DNA of 64,000 bases from Camelus ferus (GCF_009834535.1 NC_045705.1:30506001-30570000); one strand, 5' to 3'; positions 1-13,870 are shown, counted from the first letter of the stretch. The notes: generated from the letters alone by a model not told the origin. Numbers and translations: made by a program.

Positions 1-169
1 AGCCATTATCACAAAGGAAAGTAAAGGCCTGAGGAACATTCAGAACAGATTCAGGAAGTAATGAAGACTGTCAAGAGTTCATAAAATGGAATACGTGTAG
101 AATAAACAAACAATTTCATGAAAAGTCACACAAGTTAAAGGCCTGAATGATCTCTTTAGAGAAGTGTAG

Positions 170-1575
170 TACTGTTTTCAGTACACATAGCAAATTAAAA
201 CCAAACTAGCCAAAGAGTGGAAATAACCCAAAAGTCCATCTGCTGATAAAATATGGTAAATCCATACAATGGAATATGATTCAGTAATGAGAAGAAATGA
301 AGTACTACAAAGAATTCCTAAAACTCAGCAACAAAAAAGCAAACAACTCAATTAAAAAATGGGGAAAGGACTTAACATTTATCCGAAGAAGATACACAAA
401 TGTCCAATAAGTACGTGAAATGATGCTCAACATTCCTAATCATTAGGGAAATGTAAATCAAAACTATAAGATACCACCTCACACTTATTAGGATGGCTAC
501 TAATAAAAAACCCAGAAAACAACAAACTGGCAAGGATATAGAGAAATAGGAAAGCTTGTACACTGTTGGCGAGAATGTAAAATGGTACAGCTACTGTGGA
601 AAACAGTATAGCAGTTTCTCAAAAAATTAAAAAATAGAATTACCATATGATCCAGCAATTCTGCTTCTGGGTATATGCCCAAAAGAACTGAAAGCAGAGT
701 CTCAAAGAGATATTTGCACACCCATGTCATAGCAGCATTATTCACAACTAAAACGTGAAAACAATTCAAGTGTCCATTGATGGATGAATGGATAAGCAAA
801 ATGTGGTATACACATAGAATGGAGTATCATTCAGCTTAAAAAGGAAACAAATTATGACATATGCTATAACCTGGATGAACCTTGAGGACATTATGTTAAG
901 TGAAGTAAGCCAGCCACAAAGAGACAAATACTCTATGTTTCCATTTAAATGAAGTACTTAGAGTAGCCCAAATCATAGTGAGAGAAGGTAGAATGGTTGT
1001 TGCCAGCAGATGGATGGAGAGGGGGAACAAGGGGTTTCTGTTCAATGGGTGTAATTTTTCAGTTTTACAAGATGAAAAAATTATGGAGATGGATGGCGGT
1101 GGCTATACAACATTACAAATGTATTTAATACCACTGAATTGCACACTTAAAAATGCTTAAGATGGTAAATTTTGTTATGTGTATTTTATCACACATACGC
1201 AAAAGAAAAGAGGTACTGATACATGCTACAATATGGATGAACCTTGAAAATATTACACTTACTGAAAGAAGTCAGTCACAAAGGACCACATATTGTATAA
1301 TTCTATTTATATAAAATGTCCACAATAGGCAATCTATAGAGACAGAACGTAGATGAATGGTTGCCTATGACTGGGATGTTTGGGGATATCAGAAGGGTGA
1401 TTAGATGGTTAAGGAGTGTGGGGTTTCTTTTTGGGGTAATGAAAATTGACTAGTTCTAAAACTGACTGTGGTGATGGTTGCACAAATCTATAAGTATGCT
1501 GAAAGTCACTGAATTGTACACTTTAAATAGGTGAATGGTATGTAAATTACGTATCTCATTAAAATTGTTTTTAAA
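170..1575 (+). mobile_element. Nested L1 3' fragments (L1MA-like inside older L1MB-like)
   Basis: L1 ORF2 C-terminal/3' UTR motifs; insert 307-1202 flanked by a diverged ~15-bp duplication. Confidence 0.8.
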
Positions 1576-1889
1576 AAATCAAACTAACAAAGTTTACTAA
1601 CAAAATTTCTGAGGAGATAAGAGTGATTTATTTGTTAAGGCTGCCAATCATTTTACATGTACATGAGTTGGTTGTAAAGGTTAGAATCCTTTCTAATAAC
1701 TGGATCTCCATTTCAATTTTACCTAAAGCACCCATTCACTGAATTTCCCTATGGGTAAACTGTGATGGCTCAAGGAGTTCACAGGAGTACAAGTAGACAT
1801 CTAAACAAAAAACCATTATACAAAATGTATTGTATGTGGGAAGTTCCCTAAGCAAGGGACACATAAGGGTTAAGAGAGTTCAAAGATAG

Positions 1890-2620
1890 GATTAACCACC
1901 ATGAGTGAGGGATGGATGGTGAAAATCCCATAGAAAAGGATGGCATCTGAACTCAGTAATAAGTGATAGGTGAATTAAAAAAAAAAAAAGAGTGGAGAGG
2001 AGATATTCTAGGCCGAGAAAACGAGAAAGGCAAAGTCCTGGAGGTAGAAAAGTACAGAGTATGTTTAGGGAACACTGAACGGATCAATTTATTAGAGTAT
2101 ATGACCAAAAAATAGACTAGGGTCAGATCATATATAATCTTGAATATTAAGTTAAACAGCAGAGAATAGTGATGAACTAAAGCAGGGCAATGACAATCTC
2201 ATCTACTTTAGAAAGATAAATCTATGTAGAATGAATTGGAAGGGAGAGAAAGCAGAGAGTCCTGATAGGAAATTACTGCAGTACTCCAGGACAAAGATAA
2301 ATACGAGCCAGAACTCCTAGGAATGGAAAGGATGGGCAGAGGAGACTGAAAGGGGAGGTACGTTAAAGAAGTAAAATCGGTAAGCCTTAGCAACTAAGGA
2401 TGTGGGAGTAGAAAGAAGAGTCTACTGCTCTCCTCTGTAGGAGGCCCATCTACGTGACTCGGAGAACAGTGGTGCCAATGACAGGAAAATGTCAGAAGAA
2501 ATTTCTGAGTTGTTTGTTTATGGGGAGTGGAGAAGAGGTGAAGAATATGATGAGTCTGGTATTAGACATAAGAAGTATAACCTTTAAGTGGCCAGAAGTG
2601 TGGCACCAGAGATGAATAGA
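1890..2620 (-). mobile_element. Degenerate L2 fragment
   Basis: Purine-rich L2-antisense-like motifs; limits approximate. Confidence 0.5.
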
Positions 2621-4529
2621 GGGTTCTGGATTTTATAAACAAAGACATAGGAAATCAAGTTTTCATTACACAGCAAGGTTTGATGTTCTAAAAGTAAAAC
2701 TGTCAACAAAGAGAAGCACTAATAAAGTGCACTAATAAAGTTAATTTGACCTCTATATGATGTTTGCTATGGTTCATTCAATCTAGTCTATACTACAAAT
2801 ACTCAGCAATCAAATTAGCCAGCACTCTCAGGGGGTTTTACCCTAGCCTAAAACAGAGACAAAGGCAAAGGAACCAGCTAAAAGAAAATCTGTTCTACAG
2901 AAATATAGTAATTTTACACCACTGATTTATCTAAAATGTCTTCCAAAGAGCTCAAATACCATATAGTCCACACTATTGCTGAAAAAAGGTTTAGATGTAA
3001 TATTTATTTTTAGACCAGAAGTTAAGAAATGTTGACAAGGTCACACATAAAGGCACAACTTCAAATAAATTTTAAATTTCAGTTTAGTATTCAATTAAGT
3101 AACAAATCATCTATTAGGTATGCATTATATACTACTATTAACATATAGACCCCAGCAATCTATGCATTTTCTCATTCACCAACCAGCTAAAAGGCATCTA
3201 GAGATTAAGTCATCAGTAATGTTAGAGCTGGGCCTAGAAGCTATGTCTCCTATCTTTCAGACTGTCTCTCTTCCCCACCACCCAAGGGTCCATGTGGAAT
3301 GTCCTTTTACTTTAACTTCCTGTATCTTGACAGCTTATAAGAATAGTTATACAGCTATACAGCTTATAAGAATAGTTATACAGTTATACATACTGTTTTA
3401 GCTTTTGACCTGGGGAGAAGCTATGGCAGTGAAACTAATTTATGGCTAATTCTCAAGCTCTTGACCTACAAAAGCTCTCCACTTATCACAATACAAGAGA
3501 TCTGGATCTGATTACCCTTCCTAGATTCTCACTTCTGGCTAAGGAAATGCTACTGCAGAAGCAAAGAATAAGCCTGAGGGAAGTCTGAGGAAAATTTCTG
3601 CCCACTCTAAAAGCAACGCCTTGGAAAGACCAATAAAAATTGATAGACTTGCTCCAAAACAGGAAATACTTATAAAACAAGGATAAAACAGAATATACAT
3701 ACATGCCCAGAAATTTTTACTCAAATCATGTCTAAGAAGGGCACTGGTTTAAAGAAGCATAACAATTATGTAACTGTCATAGAAAACTGTAAATTTTTAT
3801 TACTTGGCCAAGCCAGACAAAATCTCATCTCTTAAGTAGCCAGTAACAAAAATGACAAGTCTTTCCCTCTAATTTAAAATATCTCACTGCCTCCAGCTAA
3901 TTAACAAGGTTAAGTGTTAACCTCTTGCTGGAGTATTCTGTGCTACCAGGGGGCCGGAAGTCTGAACTGCTTCTCTAGCAAGTTATCTCAACAAACTTGG
4001 GTGGGCTTGCTGTCTTAGTACTGGGATGGTGGCCTCCCACAGATTCCTTCAGAGAGGGGTAAAGAGCTCTTTCACATCGTGCTATTCTGCTATTCGTATC
4101 AGCGGGAAAGGACTCTCCTTAACAGATGATCACTGTCAGTGTCTCCAATAGGGGGACTTGATACCAACACAGGCCTCTGGGGAGACAGAAAGCTAAACCT
4201 GATTGTGAATTAGGTTAACTTTAAGAGTTACTGCTCATTTGTACCAAAGTAGCTGAAAATCTAATGCTTACTCATCCCAAAGCTACCCAGGTCTCCAAAT
4301 TCCAAGCTAAGGACCCAAGGCCCAGGGCACTACATCCAGCTCCACCCATCTAGCTCAGGGGGTTCTACTGGGTAAAAGCAATCCTCTCCTCACCCCAAGT
4401 AGGAATCAGGCTGGGGCAAAGCCTGGTTGTGGGCACCGTTCAACCACTGCATATCCAAACAAGCACCCGAGGGCCACTGTCACCACCCAGAAGTAGAGCA
4501 GATGCCCCAGGCTTTAGCTCACTGCAGCC

Positions 4530-4880
4530 GGCATTGTTTACGCTCTTTCGCCGCCTTAGCGTCTGACAAGCCAGGAAAGTCCCCTGTACTGTCCACCAGG
4601 ACTTCCGACATGGGCACAGGATGCTTGACCCTAGCCCGCAGTTTGACACTTACGCTCCCCAGGCAGGGAGAGGTCGGGGGCCCTAAGGTCCGAGCAGAAT
4701 CAGCAGGAATACCAGGCGGGCGGGGGCGGTGGCAGCATTGGTGCGGAGGGCTTCTGGGAAACGCCTCCTCCGGGGGCGGGGCCCAGAGCTCACAGTCAGA
4801 TTGCCCGCCCCACCTCGGCCCGCTCCCAGCACATACTGACTGCTTAAAGGGGCCGCAGCGTGCCTTCGCTCGGAGGTCTG
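4530..4880 (-). promoter_or_regulatory. Small CpG/GC-box island with candidate alternative first exon of CKAP5
   Basis: GC boxes at ~4715-4729, 4773-4782 and 4804-4811; minus-strand donor AGC|GTAAGT at 4654/4653. Confidence 0.5.
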
Positions 4881-6859
4881 CAGGACCCAGGGTGTTCCTT
4901 CCAGCCTACAGGGCTTCCAAGGCATGAGGCAAATGAATGACCAACTAGAGAAGACTCTACCGCAGTTGGGTGGGGACCTCTTTTTTTGGTGACAACACAG
5001 ATAATGTTCCAGAAACAAAGGAGATGACCAGTTCCTACTTTACAATCCTAATTCCTCCTCAAGAAGTGAAAAAAAAAAAAAATCGCTGTAGAAAATAGTC
5101 AAAGCATCGGGGTAAATGTATATATAGTCCCCATCATGTAAGTGGCTTATTCTATTAACTTGAGCAGTTAATGTTTTTCAAGTGGCAACTCAAAGGCTCA
5201 GAAAAGAACTGAGAGCCTGCACTGCTCCGCCTCAACCTTTCACTGACTTCCTTCTCTTCTCTACAACACGCGGAATCCTAGACAATGATAGAAATGGGTA
5301 GTAGGAGGCGAAATAGAAAAGTAACATTCTCCTTCCTGTGAGTAAAATGTGATCTTTCAAAAATTGGCTAAGAATTCACTTCATGTCTATGTAGATAAAA
5401 AAGTCTTGCATGCAAATAGAATTGTGATGCTCAGTCATCTAATGTAACATGAAGAGTTCTTGAGAAAATTGTAGTAGAAACTGGATTAACATTTCAGGGA
5501 GTTAAGTAATGATCTCTAAGGTCTCCATAGGTTATTAGTGAACTGTAAATTTCTTTTCACAGGAGGAATTTTTCCTCAATATCAGCTTATAAGGTTTGTA
5601 TGCATTTTGTGTCTCCTTTATACTTTCAGGAAAGAGATTTATGTGTTTATTAACCCTGTATTCCCTCATCTAATCTAGATGAATGCACATACCTTACTAA
5701 AACCTTAAGCCACCACCAACGAGTATGGGAATCAATTTAGTAAAGCTAAAGACCATGTATAAGTGCCCTAATATCTTCTATCACGAACAGGGGTTCAAGT
5801 GGAAGTTTAGATTCCAAAGGACAGACATGAAGACTGCTCTAATATGAAGCAGACCCAGGTTACCCTTATTCTGAAGGTCTTAGAAAATTCTAGGCTAAGG
5901 CTGCCATGAAGGGAAATTGATTCAGATTAGTACAGTCTGATTTTGAACTGCCAAGAAAATATCATTCTAAAGTGCATTTAACTGTGAATAATACTTCATA
6001 CTTCTGCATTAGGTAATTAAGACCTTTCATTCTGTCCTATCAAGCTTATCACACTGTTCTGAGAGTAATGGTTTGTTTATCAGGCTTCCCATTAGATTGT
6101 GAGTATCCTCAAGGGCAAGAGCTGGAATATTTCTTACTCATCTTATTTCCCAGTGGGTGACACCAAATGAATACTCAATAAATATTTATCACAAAAGATA
6201 TGACCAACACTTACTCTGACACAAGAGTCCAGATAACATCAATAAGCATATTGCAGTAAGTATATGTGTGCATGCACACACACAAATGGATAATACCCAA
6301 TGCTGTGCTCATTAGTAAATTTAAAAAATTAAGAGAGAAGAAAAATCTCCTGATTGTATATACCTCAGTCTCAGACATCAAAACTAAAGATTATTATTAT
6401 AGGGATTTATATCTTTTGTCCTAAATGCAAAGATATTTTATATAAATATTCCTGAATAATACTTAGATATCTTACCAAATATCACAGTCCATCTTATTTT
6501 GGTTATTGCCTCCTTTTCTTTACTATACCATGAAGAGACTAGACTGGACATGTAAAATCTTCACAATTCAACAAACTACTGGTTAGATGTATTCTCCTTT
6601 AACATGACAAAGTGAAAACTGTTTAGGAAATGATTTAGCAAATATTATATATAGAAGAGAATATGGGAAAATGATAATCATGTATTAGGAAGGTGGCATT
6701 TCTTTACACTTAAAAAGGAAATCTTTCTTCACTGAATGTTTTCCTGCAACAAATTAAAAATACTTTAGAAAAATATTTATTGCACAAATAGCCAGATCGA
6801 GGGGAAAAAAAAGTTTTAAACATTAACTGGAATTCTTCATATTCAATGAAGGAAAGAGG

Positions 6860-7100
6860 CCAAGTTAGTGATTAAGAGCACAGACTCTGGAGCTAGAATG
6901 CTTAGTTCAAATTCTGGTTGTGCCACTTACTAGCTGCGTGGTTTTGGACAAACTCCTAACTCTCTGTGTTTGTTTTCTGTTTGTAAAATGGGGAATTTTT
7001 CTTCTTTTACCTTATTGGGTTATTAGGAGAATTAAATGAGTGAAGTTTATTTGTAAAGTGCCTAGAATTAATTGCTATATATAAGTATTTGGTAAATAAA
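6860..7100 (+). mobile_element. MIR
   Basis: ttaagagcacagactctggag...ccacttactagctg...tgtaaaatgggg core. Confidence 0.75.
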
Positions 7101-7264
7101 ATACACAATATTCAACAGTTACTGTCTACCTTTCCTATCACATTCCTTTTAAAACTAAAAAGCAAATGTATAGACCCCTCCCACTGACTGCTCCTAACTC
7201 CCTGTGTTCCTAGCTGTCAGAAGCAGTATTAACTGAGAATCAGAAGTTTTCCAATCTAAGAGCT

Positions 7265-8045
7265 TTTAAGTCATGTTTATTGAGGTATAACTTACGTACA
7301 GTAAAATTTACTTTCTAGTATATAGTTCTATGAGTTTTGAGACACATAGAGTCATCTATCCATCACTACAGCCAAGAACATCTCTATTAGCCCCCCAAAT
7401 TTCCTTTTCCCCCTTTGTACTTAATCCCTCTCCCCTAGGCAACCACTGATCAGTATTCTATTCCTACGGTTCTGCCTTTCCACAATGTCATACAAAAAGA
7501 ATTATACTGTGTGCAGTCTTTTGAGTCTGTTTTTTTCCATTCATAATACAACTGAGATTATTCATGTTTTTGTACATATCAGTAGTCTGTTTCTTTTTAT
7601 TTCTGAATAATATTCCAGTATATGACCTAACACACTTTGTTCATCCATTTACCAGTTGAAGGACTTGTGAGTTGTTTCCAGTTTTTAGCAATTATAAAAG
7701 AAAAACTGGGGGGGAGGATATAGCTCAAATGGTAGAGCATATGCTTAGCATGCATGAGGTCCTGGGTTCAATTCCCAGTATCTCCATTAAAAAAAAAAAA
7801 AATAAGTAGGCCTAGTTACCTCTCCTCTGCAAAAAGGAAAACAAAAAACAAAACAAAACAAAAGAAAAACTGCTACAGATTTTTGTAGGAACATAACTTT
7901 TCATTTCTTTTGGGCAAATACCCAAGAGTGGGAATGCTGGGCGATATGGTAGGTGCATGTTTAATTTATAAGTAACTGTCAAATTTGTTTTCCAAAGTGG
8001 CTGCATGAACCATTTTGTACTCCTCCACCAGCAATGTATAAAAGT
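7265..8045 (-). mobile_element. L1 3' fragment interrupted by a SINE
   Basis: Reverse L1 3' motifs (ttttccaaagtggctgca, cccaagagtgggaatgctgg). Confidence 0.75.
7709..7860 (+). mobile_element. tRNA-derived SINE (vic-1-like, camelid)
   Basis: gggggaggatatagctcaaatggtagagc...gaggtcctgggttcaattcccagta, A-rich tail, TSD aaaagaaaaactg at 7696-7708 and 7860-7872. Confidence 0.85.
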
Positions 8046-8574
8046 TCAACTGTAACTGGATTATTACTTAGTACTAATTTCCAGTATGGATCTATATTTT
8101 TATACCTAACAATTAAAGCCAGTTCTTTCTACAATTTAGTATTACTGGTTTGCAACCTATTTTTCTATTTACAAAGAGTCATTGATCACTTGGTATGAAT
8201 CTTAGACGTGGCTTTATAACACTTTCAAAGGAAGTATCAATGAAAATTACTCTTTCAAATCCCATCCAAAAGTCGTCAAATCTGGTCATTTTGTCTGGAT
8301 TAACAAGTTATAAGGATTAACAAAAAAGTGCTCCTAGTAACTAGAAGAAAGCAAAACATATATTACATACACATTGGTCAGTCAGATTAGTTTTCCAACA
8401 TTCAGATGAGTGTTTCCATAGCCTAAATAAAATTCCTCAACAATTTCTATATATAGCAAGTCATATGAAACATCTTTATCAAAAATATAATTCTCTTGAT
8501 TAGGAAACAAAAAGCACACATGAAAATATTAAAAAACTTACTTAAAAACTATGTCCAATACTACAAAAAATGCT

Positions 8575-9480
8575 TTTACATCCCCAAGAGAATTGAAACT
8601 ATATATCCACATGAAAACTTGTATATAAATATTAATAGCAGCATTATTTATAACAGCCCGAAAATGGAAACAATACACAAATCCATCAACTGGATTTGTA
8701 AAACAAAATGTGGATATGAAAAAAAATGGAATATCATTCAGTCATGAAAAAGAATGAGGTACTGCTACACCATACAACATGGGTTAACCTTGAAAACATC
8801 ATGCTAAGTGAAAGAAACCAGACACAAAAGGCCATATGTTGCTTGATTATGTTAGTATGAAATGCCCACACTAGGCAAATCCATAGAGACAGAAAGCAGA
8901 GTAGTGGTTGTCAGGGGCTGTGGGTGGGAGGGTAGGGAGGGAAAAGGGCAATGGAGAATGACTGAAATGGGCAGGAGGTCTCTTTTTGGGGTGATGTAAG
9001 TGTTCTGGAATTACATAGTTGTTAATAGTTGCACAACTATGTCAATATATTAAAAAGCCACTGAATTATGTTCACTTTAAAAGGATACATTTTTGGTATG
9101 TGACTTACATCTCACTTTAAAATAACCCATTGACAGAGATGAATAAATAAGCTGTGGTATATTCACAAAAAAGATATTATATAGCAGTGAAAATCAGCAA
9201 AAGCATGCATGAATTTCACAAACCATGCTAACAAAAACAGTTACTGAAAACATACAGTATGATTATACAAACCCAAACAATATAGTGTGTAGAGATACAT
9301 ACATTTGTGATTAAATTTAAAAGAAAAATATAAGGGTATACTGAAAACAGTACAGTAGAAAAGGCAGAGTATACAATCTGGGATGCAGTAAAGGAGGGCT
9401 GCACAGGATACTGGTAATGATCTACTTCTTAAACTGGGTGATAGGAACATGGATGTTTCTTTTTTAAATTTTATAACATA
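8575..9480 (+). mobile_element. L1MB/L1ME-like 3' fragments
   Basis: ccttgaaaacatcatgctaagtgaaagaaaccagacacaaaagg and related motifs. Confidence 0.7.
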
Positions 9481-9624
9481 AATAACTTATTATATTTAAA
9501 ATATATTAAAAATTCCATGAGTTTCAAAATGAAAGAAAAAAAAAGCTCTGCCTCTAATGAGATCTTATAATTTAGTAATTTAGTAAGTTATACACTACAG
9601 TGTTCAGGCAGAAATGTAGAAAGG

Positions 9625-9625
<1 letters not shown>

Positions 9626-9658
<33 letters not shown>
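9626..9658. repeat. Poly-T run (33 nt)
   Basis: Direct read. Confidence 0.95.
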
Positions 9659-9663
<5 letters not shown>

Positions 9664-10449
9664 TGAGAGGAAGAACTGGGTTGGAAAGAAAATTTATACC
9701 CCCAAAGCCATGCTCTACCATTAACTAGTTGTGAAACCTTAAGGAAATCATTTACTCTTCAGGGGCTTTAGTATTCTCATGCATAAAACAAGGGGTTTTA
9801 TTAACTACCCTCCCACCTCTAAAATTTTATGGAATAGTATTCCACAACACCTATTTATATATAATAAACAGCATGCTTACAATTCCAAATTTTTCAGTAC
9901 TAGGATATTTGCAGCTTATGTTAGATGTTTGTAAAGTGCTCCTATTTCAGTGGTAAAAATCTCAGACCCCATTCTCTTTGGCCCTTGGTTAAACAACAAC
10001 AAAGGAACAGTAGTTTGCTTTATGCTAGTATCACAGATGCAGTGTCTAAAACCGTAGTTTGTATACATGTGGGTTCTACCATCATTTCCCTTTTTCAGGC
10101 ATTCTAACCCTGGTGGAATATATTCTGTCCTCAGGTCAAGAAGTAGGGATTCACATAAGCCACTGAAAAAGCAAGATTTTAATTATCAGCCTCCTATGCC
10201 TGGCAAAGAAAAACATGTCATAAAAGGTAAAAATACTGATTCAAAAAGTCAGAAATATGAATTACATTTCCTTCTCTATACAAATGGTACTGAGAAGGTG
10301 AGTTTCTGAGTCATCTAGTCATATCCAGCACAATTTGTGGGACCACCTAGTCAGAATCACATTCAGAGCAGGACTTCCTATGGTCTGTACTCAGGGCACC
10401 AAACTCAGCTGAACTTTGTACGCTCAACCATCACTGGAATGGGATTTAA

Positions 10450-13025
10450 AAGGCCAGGACAAGTGGCTTCACTGAAGAGAATTCTACCCAACACTTAAAG
10501 AAGAATTAACACCCACTCTCCTGAAACTAGTCCAAAAAATTTAAGAGAAATGAACATTTCTAAGCTTATTGTATGAGGCCAGAACTCCCTGATACCAAAG
10601 CCAGACAAAGACACTACAAGAAAATTACAGACCAATATCACTGATAAATACTGATGCAAAAATCCTCAACAAAATACTAGCAAACCAAATCCAAAAGCAT
10701 GTTAAAAGGATTATACACCATAACCAAGTGGGATTTATTTCTGGAATGCAAGGATGGTTTAAAACACCAAAATCAATGTAGTACACCATAACATCCTTCA
10801 TTAGGAGAATGAAGGACAAAAACCACATGACCACCTCAATTGATGCAATAAAAAGCATTTGACAAAATTCAATATCTTCAATGATAAAAACACTCAAGCT
10901 AGGAATGGAAAGAAACTACTTCAACATAATCAAGACCATTCAGGAGAAGTCCACAGCTAACATCATACTCAATGATGAAAGACTGAAAGCTTTTCCTCTA
11001 AAAGTAGGGACAAGGCAAGGATTCCTGTGTTAGCCAATCCTATTCAATACAGAAATGGAAGTCTTGGTCAGAGAAATTAGGCAAGAAGAAGAAATAAAAG
11101 GCATCTAAATCAAAAAAGAAGTAAAATCATCTTTGTTTGTATATGACATAATCTTATATGTAGAAAACGCTAAAGATTCCACAAAAGAAAATTTGTAGAA
11201 TAAATGAATTCAGCAAAGTTGTAGAATATAAAACCAACACACAAATATCAGTAGTGTTTGTATATACTACAAATGAACAATCTGGAAAGGAAATTAAGAA
11301 AACAACTCCACTTATGATAGCATCAAAAAGAATAAAATATTTGGAAATAAACCTAATCAAGGAGGTAAAAGACGTGTACACTGAAAACTGTAAAACAATC
11401 CTGAAAGAAATTGAAGAAGACACAGATAAAGGAAAAGACATCCCATATTCATGGAAGACTTAGTATTATTAAGATATCCAAATTTCTGAAGATAATCTAT
11501 AGATTGAACACAATCCCTATCAAAACCCCAACATCATTTTTTGCAGAAATAGAAAAATTAATCTTAAAATTCATATGGGATCTCAAAGGACTCTGAATAA
11601 TCAAAACATTTTTTTAAAAAGAAAAATGTTGCAAGACTCACAATTCCTGATTTCAAAACATATTACATAGCCACAGTGATCAAAACAGTGTAGTAGTAGC
11701 ATAAAGACAGACAGATCAATGGAATAGAACAGAGAACCCAGAAATAAACCCACACGTATAGGGTAAAATTATCTTTGACAAGATTGCCAAGACCACTAGA
11801 TGGGGAAAAGGTGGTCTCTTCAACAAACAATGATGGGAAAACTGGATAGCCACATGCAAGAAGAACTTTGATCCTTATCTTATACCATATACAAAAATTA
11901 ATTTTAAATGACTAAAAACCTAAACTTTTAAGATCTAAAACTATAAAACTCCTAGAAGAAAACATAGAGGAAAAGCTTCATGACTTTGGAATAGACAATG
12001 ATTTCTTACATACAGTGACAAAAGCACAGGTAACAAAAGCACAAAAGACAACTATAACAAAATTAAAGATTTTTGTGTATCAAAGGACACAGAGTAAAAA
12101 GGCAGTCCACAGAATGGAAGAAAATATTCACAAATTATTCATTTGATAAGGGGTTAATATCCGTAAAATATCAAGAACCCCCACAACAAAACCCCAAATA
12201 ACTCAATTAAAAATCGACAAAACACTTGAATAGATGCTTCTATAAAGACTATATACAGATGGTCAACAAGCATATGAAAAGATGTTCAACATAACTAATC
12301 ATCAGAGAAACCAAGTCAAAACCACAGTGAGATATCACCTCACACCCATTTGAATGGTTACTATCCAAAAAAATTTTTTTAAACAAAAAATAACAAATGT
12401 TGGCAAGAATGCAGAGAAATTGGAACACTTGTACACTTTTGGTGGGATTGTAAAATTGTGCAACTGCTATGGAGGTTGCTGAAAAAGGTAAAAACAGAGT
12501 ATCATATTACCAGTATAATCCAACAATTCCACTTCAGAGAGTGTGTGTGTGTGTCCGTATATCCAAAAGAATTGAAATCTGAGTCTCAAACAGATTTGTA
12601 CATCCATGCTTAAAGCAGCACTATTTACAATAGCCAAGAGGTAGAAGCAACCTAAATGTCCACTGAAGAATGGATGAATAAACAAAGTGTGGTAAATACA
12701 TACAATGGAATATTAGCCTTCAAAAGGAAGGAAATCCTGTCACATGCCACAATATGAATACTCTGAGGATATCATGCTAAGTGAAATAATCCAGTCACAA
12801 AAAGACAAAACTGTATGATTCCACTTATAGGAGGTATCTAAACTAGTAAAATTCATAGCAACAGAAGGTAGAATGGTGATTATTGGGCTGGTGGAGGAGG
12901 AAAAGGAGATTAATGGATTTCAGATTTGCAAGATGAAAAAGTTTTGGAGATGTGTTTCACAACAATGTGAATGTACTTAAAATGGTTAAGATGGTAATTT
13001 TTATGTTACATGCTTTTCTTTTTAA
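10450..13025 (+). mobile_element. 5'-truncated decayed L1 (ORF2 RT region to 3' UTR)
   Basis: [25 protein letters not shown] RT peptide near 10625-10690, KYLEINL motif, many stops and frameshifts, L1MA-type 3' end. Confidence 0.92.
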
Positions 13026-13381
13026 TCATAATTTTTAAAAAAAGTGAGACACTCATCCTGTTCAAAAAAGTGCTCCATAGGTATTTAAATTAAAAAAAAA
13101 AGACAAAGAAGACTAAAGAAAATATTTAAATACTTAAGTGGAAGAAATCTATTATTAAATTTTAAAAAGAAACTTGGAGTGTTGCAGCTCTTTTAGAATT
13201 TTAGAATTTAGACAAATTCTTTTAGACAAATTCTTTTAGGTTTTCCGGTCCCATCAGAAAACCTCCATGCAGAAAAAAGAAAGAAAGAAAGGAAGAAAGA
13301 TAATAAATTTGCAAGACAGTATATAAAGTCTAATACTTTTTTGGTGTGTTAAGTAAAAATACATAAAGAGGGACATACACA

Positions 13382-13870
13382 TTTGGTAGGCTGACAATGA
13401 CCCCCAAAGATACTCGGTTGTAATTCCTGAAACCTGCAAATGTTACTTTATTTGGGAAAAGGGTCTTCGCAGATGTGATTAAATTAAGGATTTTGAGACG
13501 GGGATAATAATCCTGGATTATCTGAGTGAGACTTGAATGCAATCACATGTATCTTTATAAGAAGGAAACAGAGGGAAATTTGACACAGAGGAGAAAGCAA
13601 TGTGAAGATGGAGAAAAGCAAGATTAGAAGAGGGTGGAGTGATGCGACCCAAGCCAAGGAATGCCAACAGCCACCAGAAGCTAAGAGGCAAGGAAGGGGT
13701 TCTCCCCAGGGCCTCTGGAGGAGTGTGGCCTTGTCTCAATATTAGCCTCCCATAAGACTCACCCTAAACTTTGGACTCTGGACTCCAGAACTGTAAAAGA
13801 ATACATGTCTGTTGTTTTAAGCCAATGCATTTGCAGTAATTTGTTTTGGCAGTCATAGAAAGCTAATACA
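13382..13870 (+). mobile_element. MaLR solo LTR (MLT1-like)
   Basis: gcagatgtgattaaattaagg...ccagaactgtaaaagaata...ctaataca terminus. Confidence 0.85.

Noticed and set aside
4427..4927. 166-aa plus-strand ORF
   Set aside because: Non-ATG start, coincides with the GC-rich patch, no homology recognised.
7709..7785. tRNA-like sequence
   Set aside because: It has an A-rich tail, TSDs and four diverged siblings in the window, so it is a SINE head rather than a tRNA gene.
10450..13025. Reverse-transcriptase-like coding sequence
   Set aside because: Decayed L1 ORF2 with many stops and frameshifts; not an active or domesticated gene.
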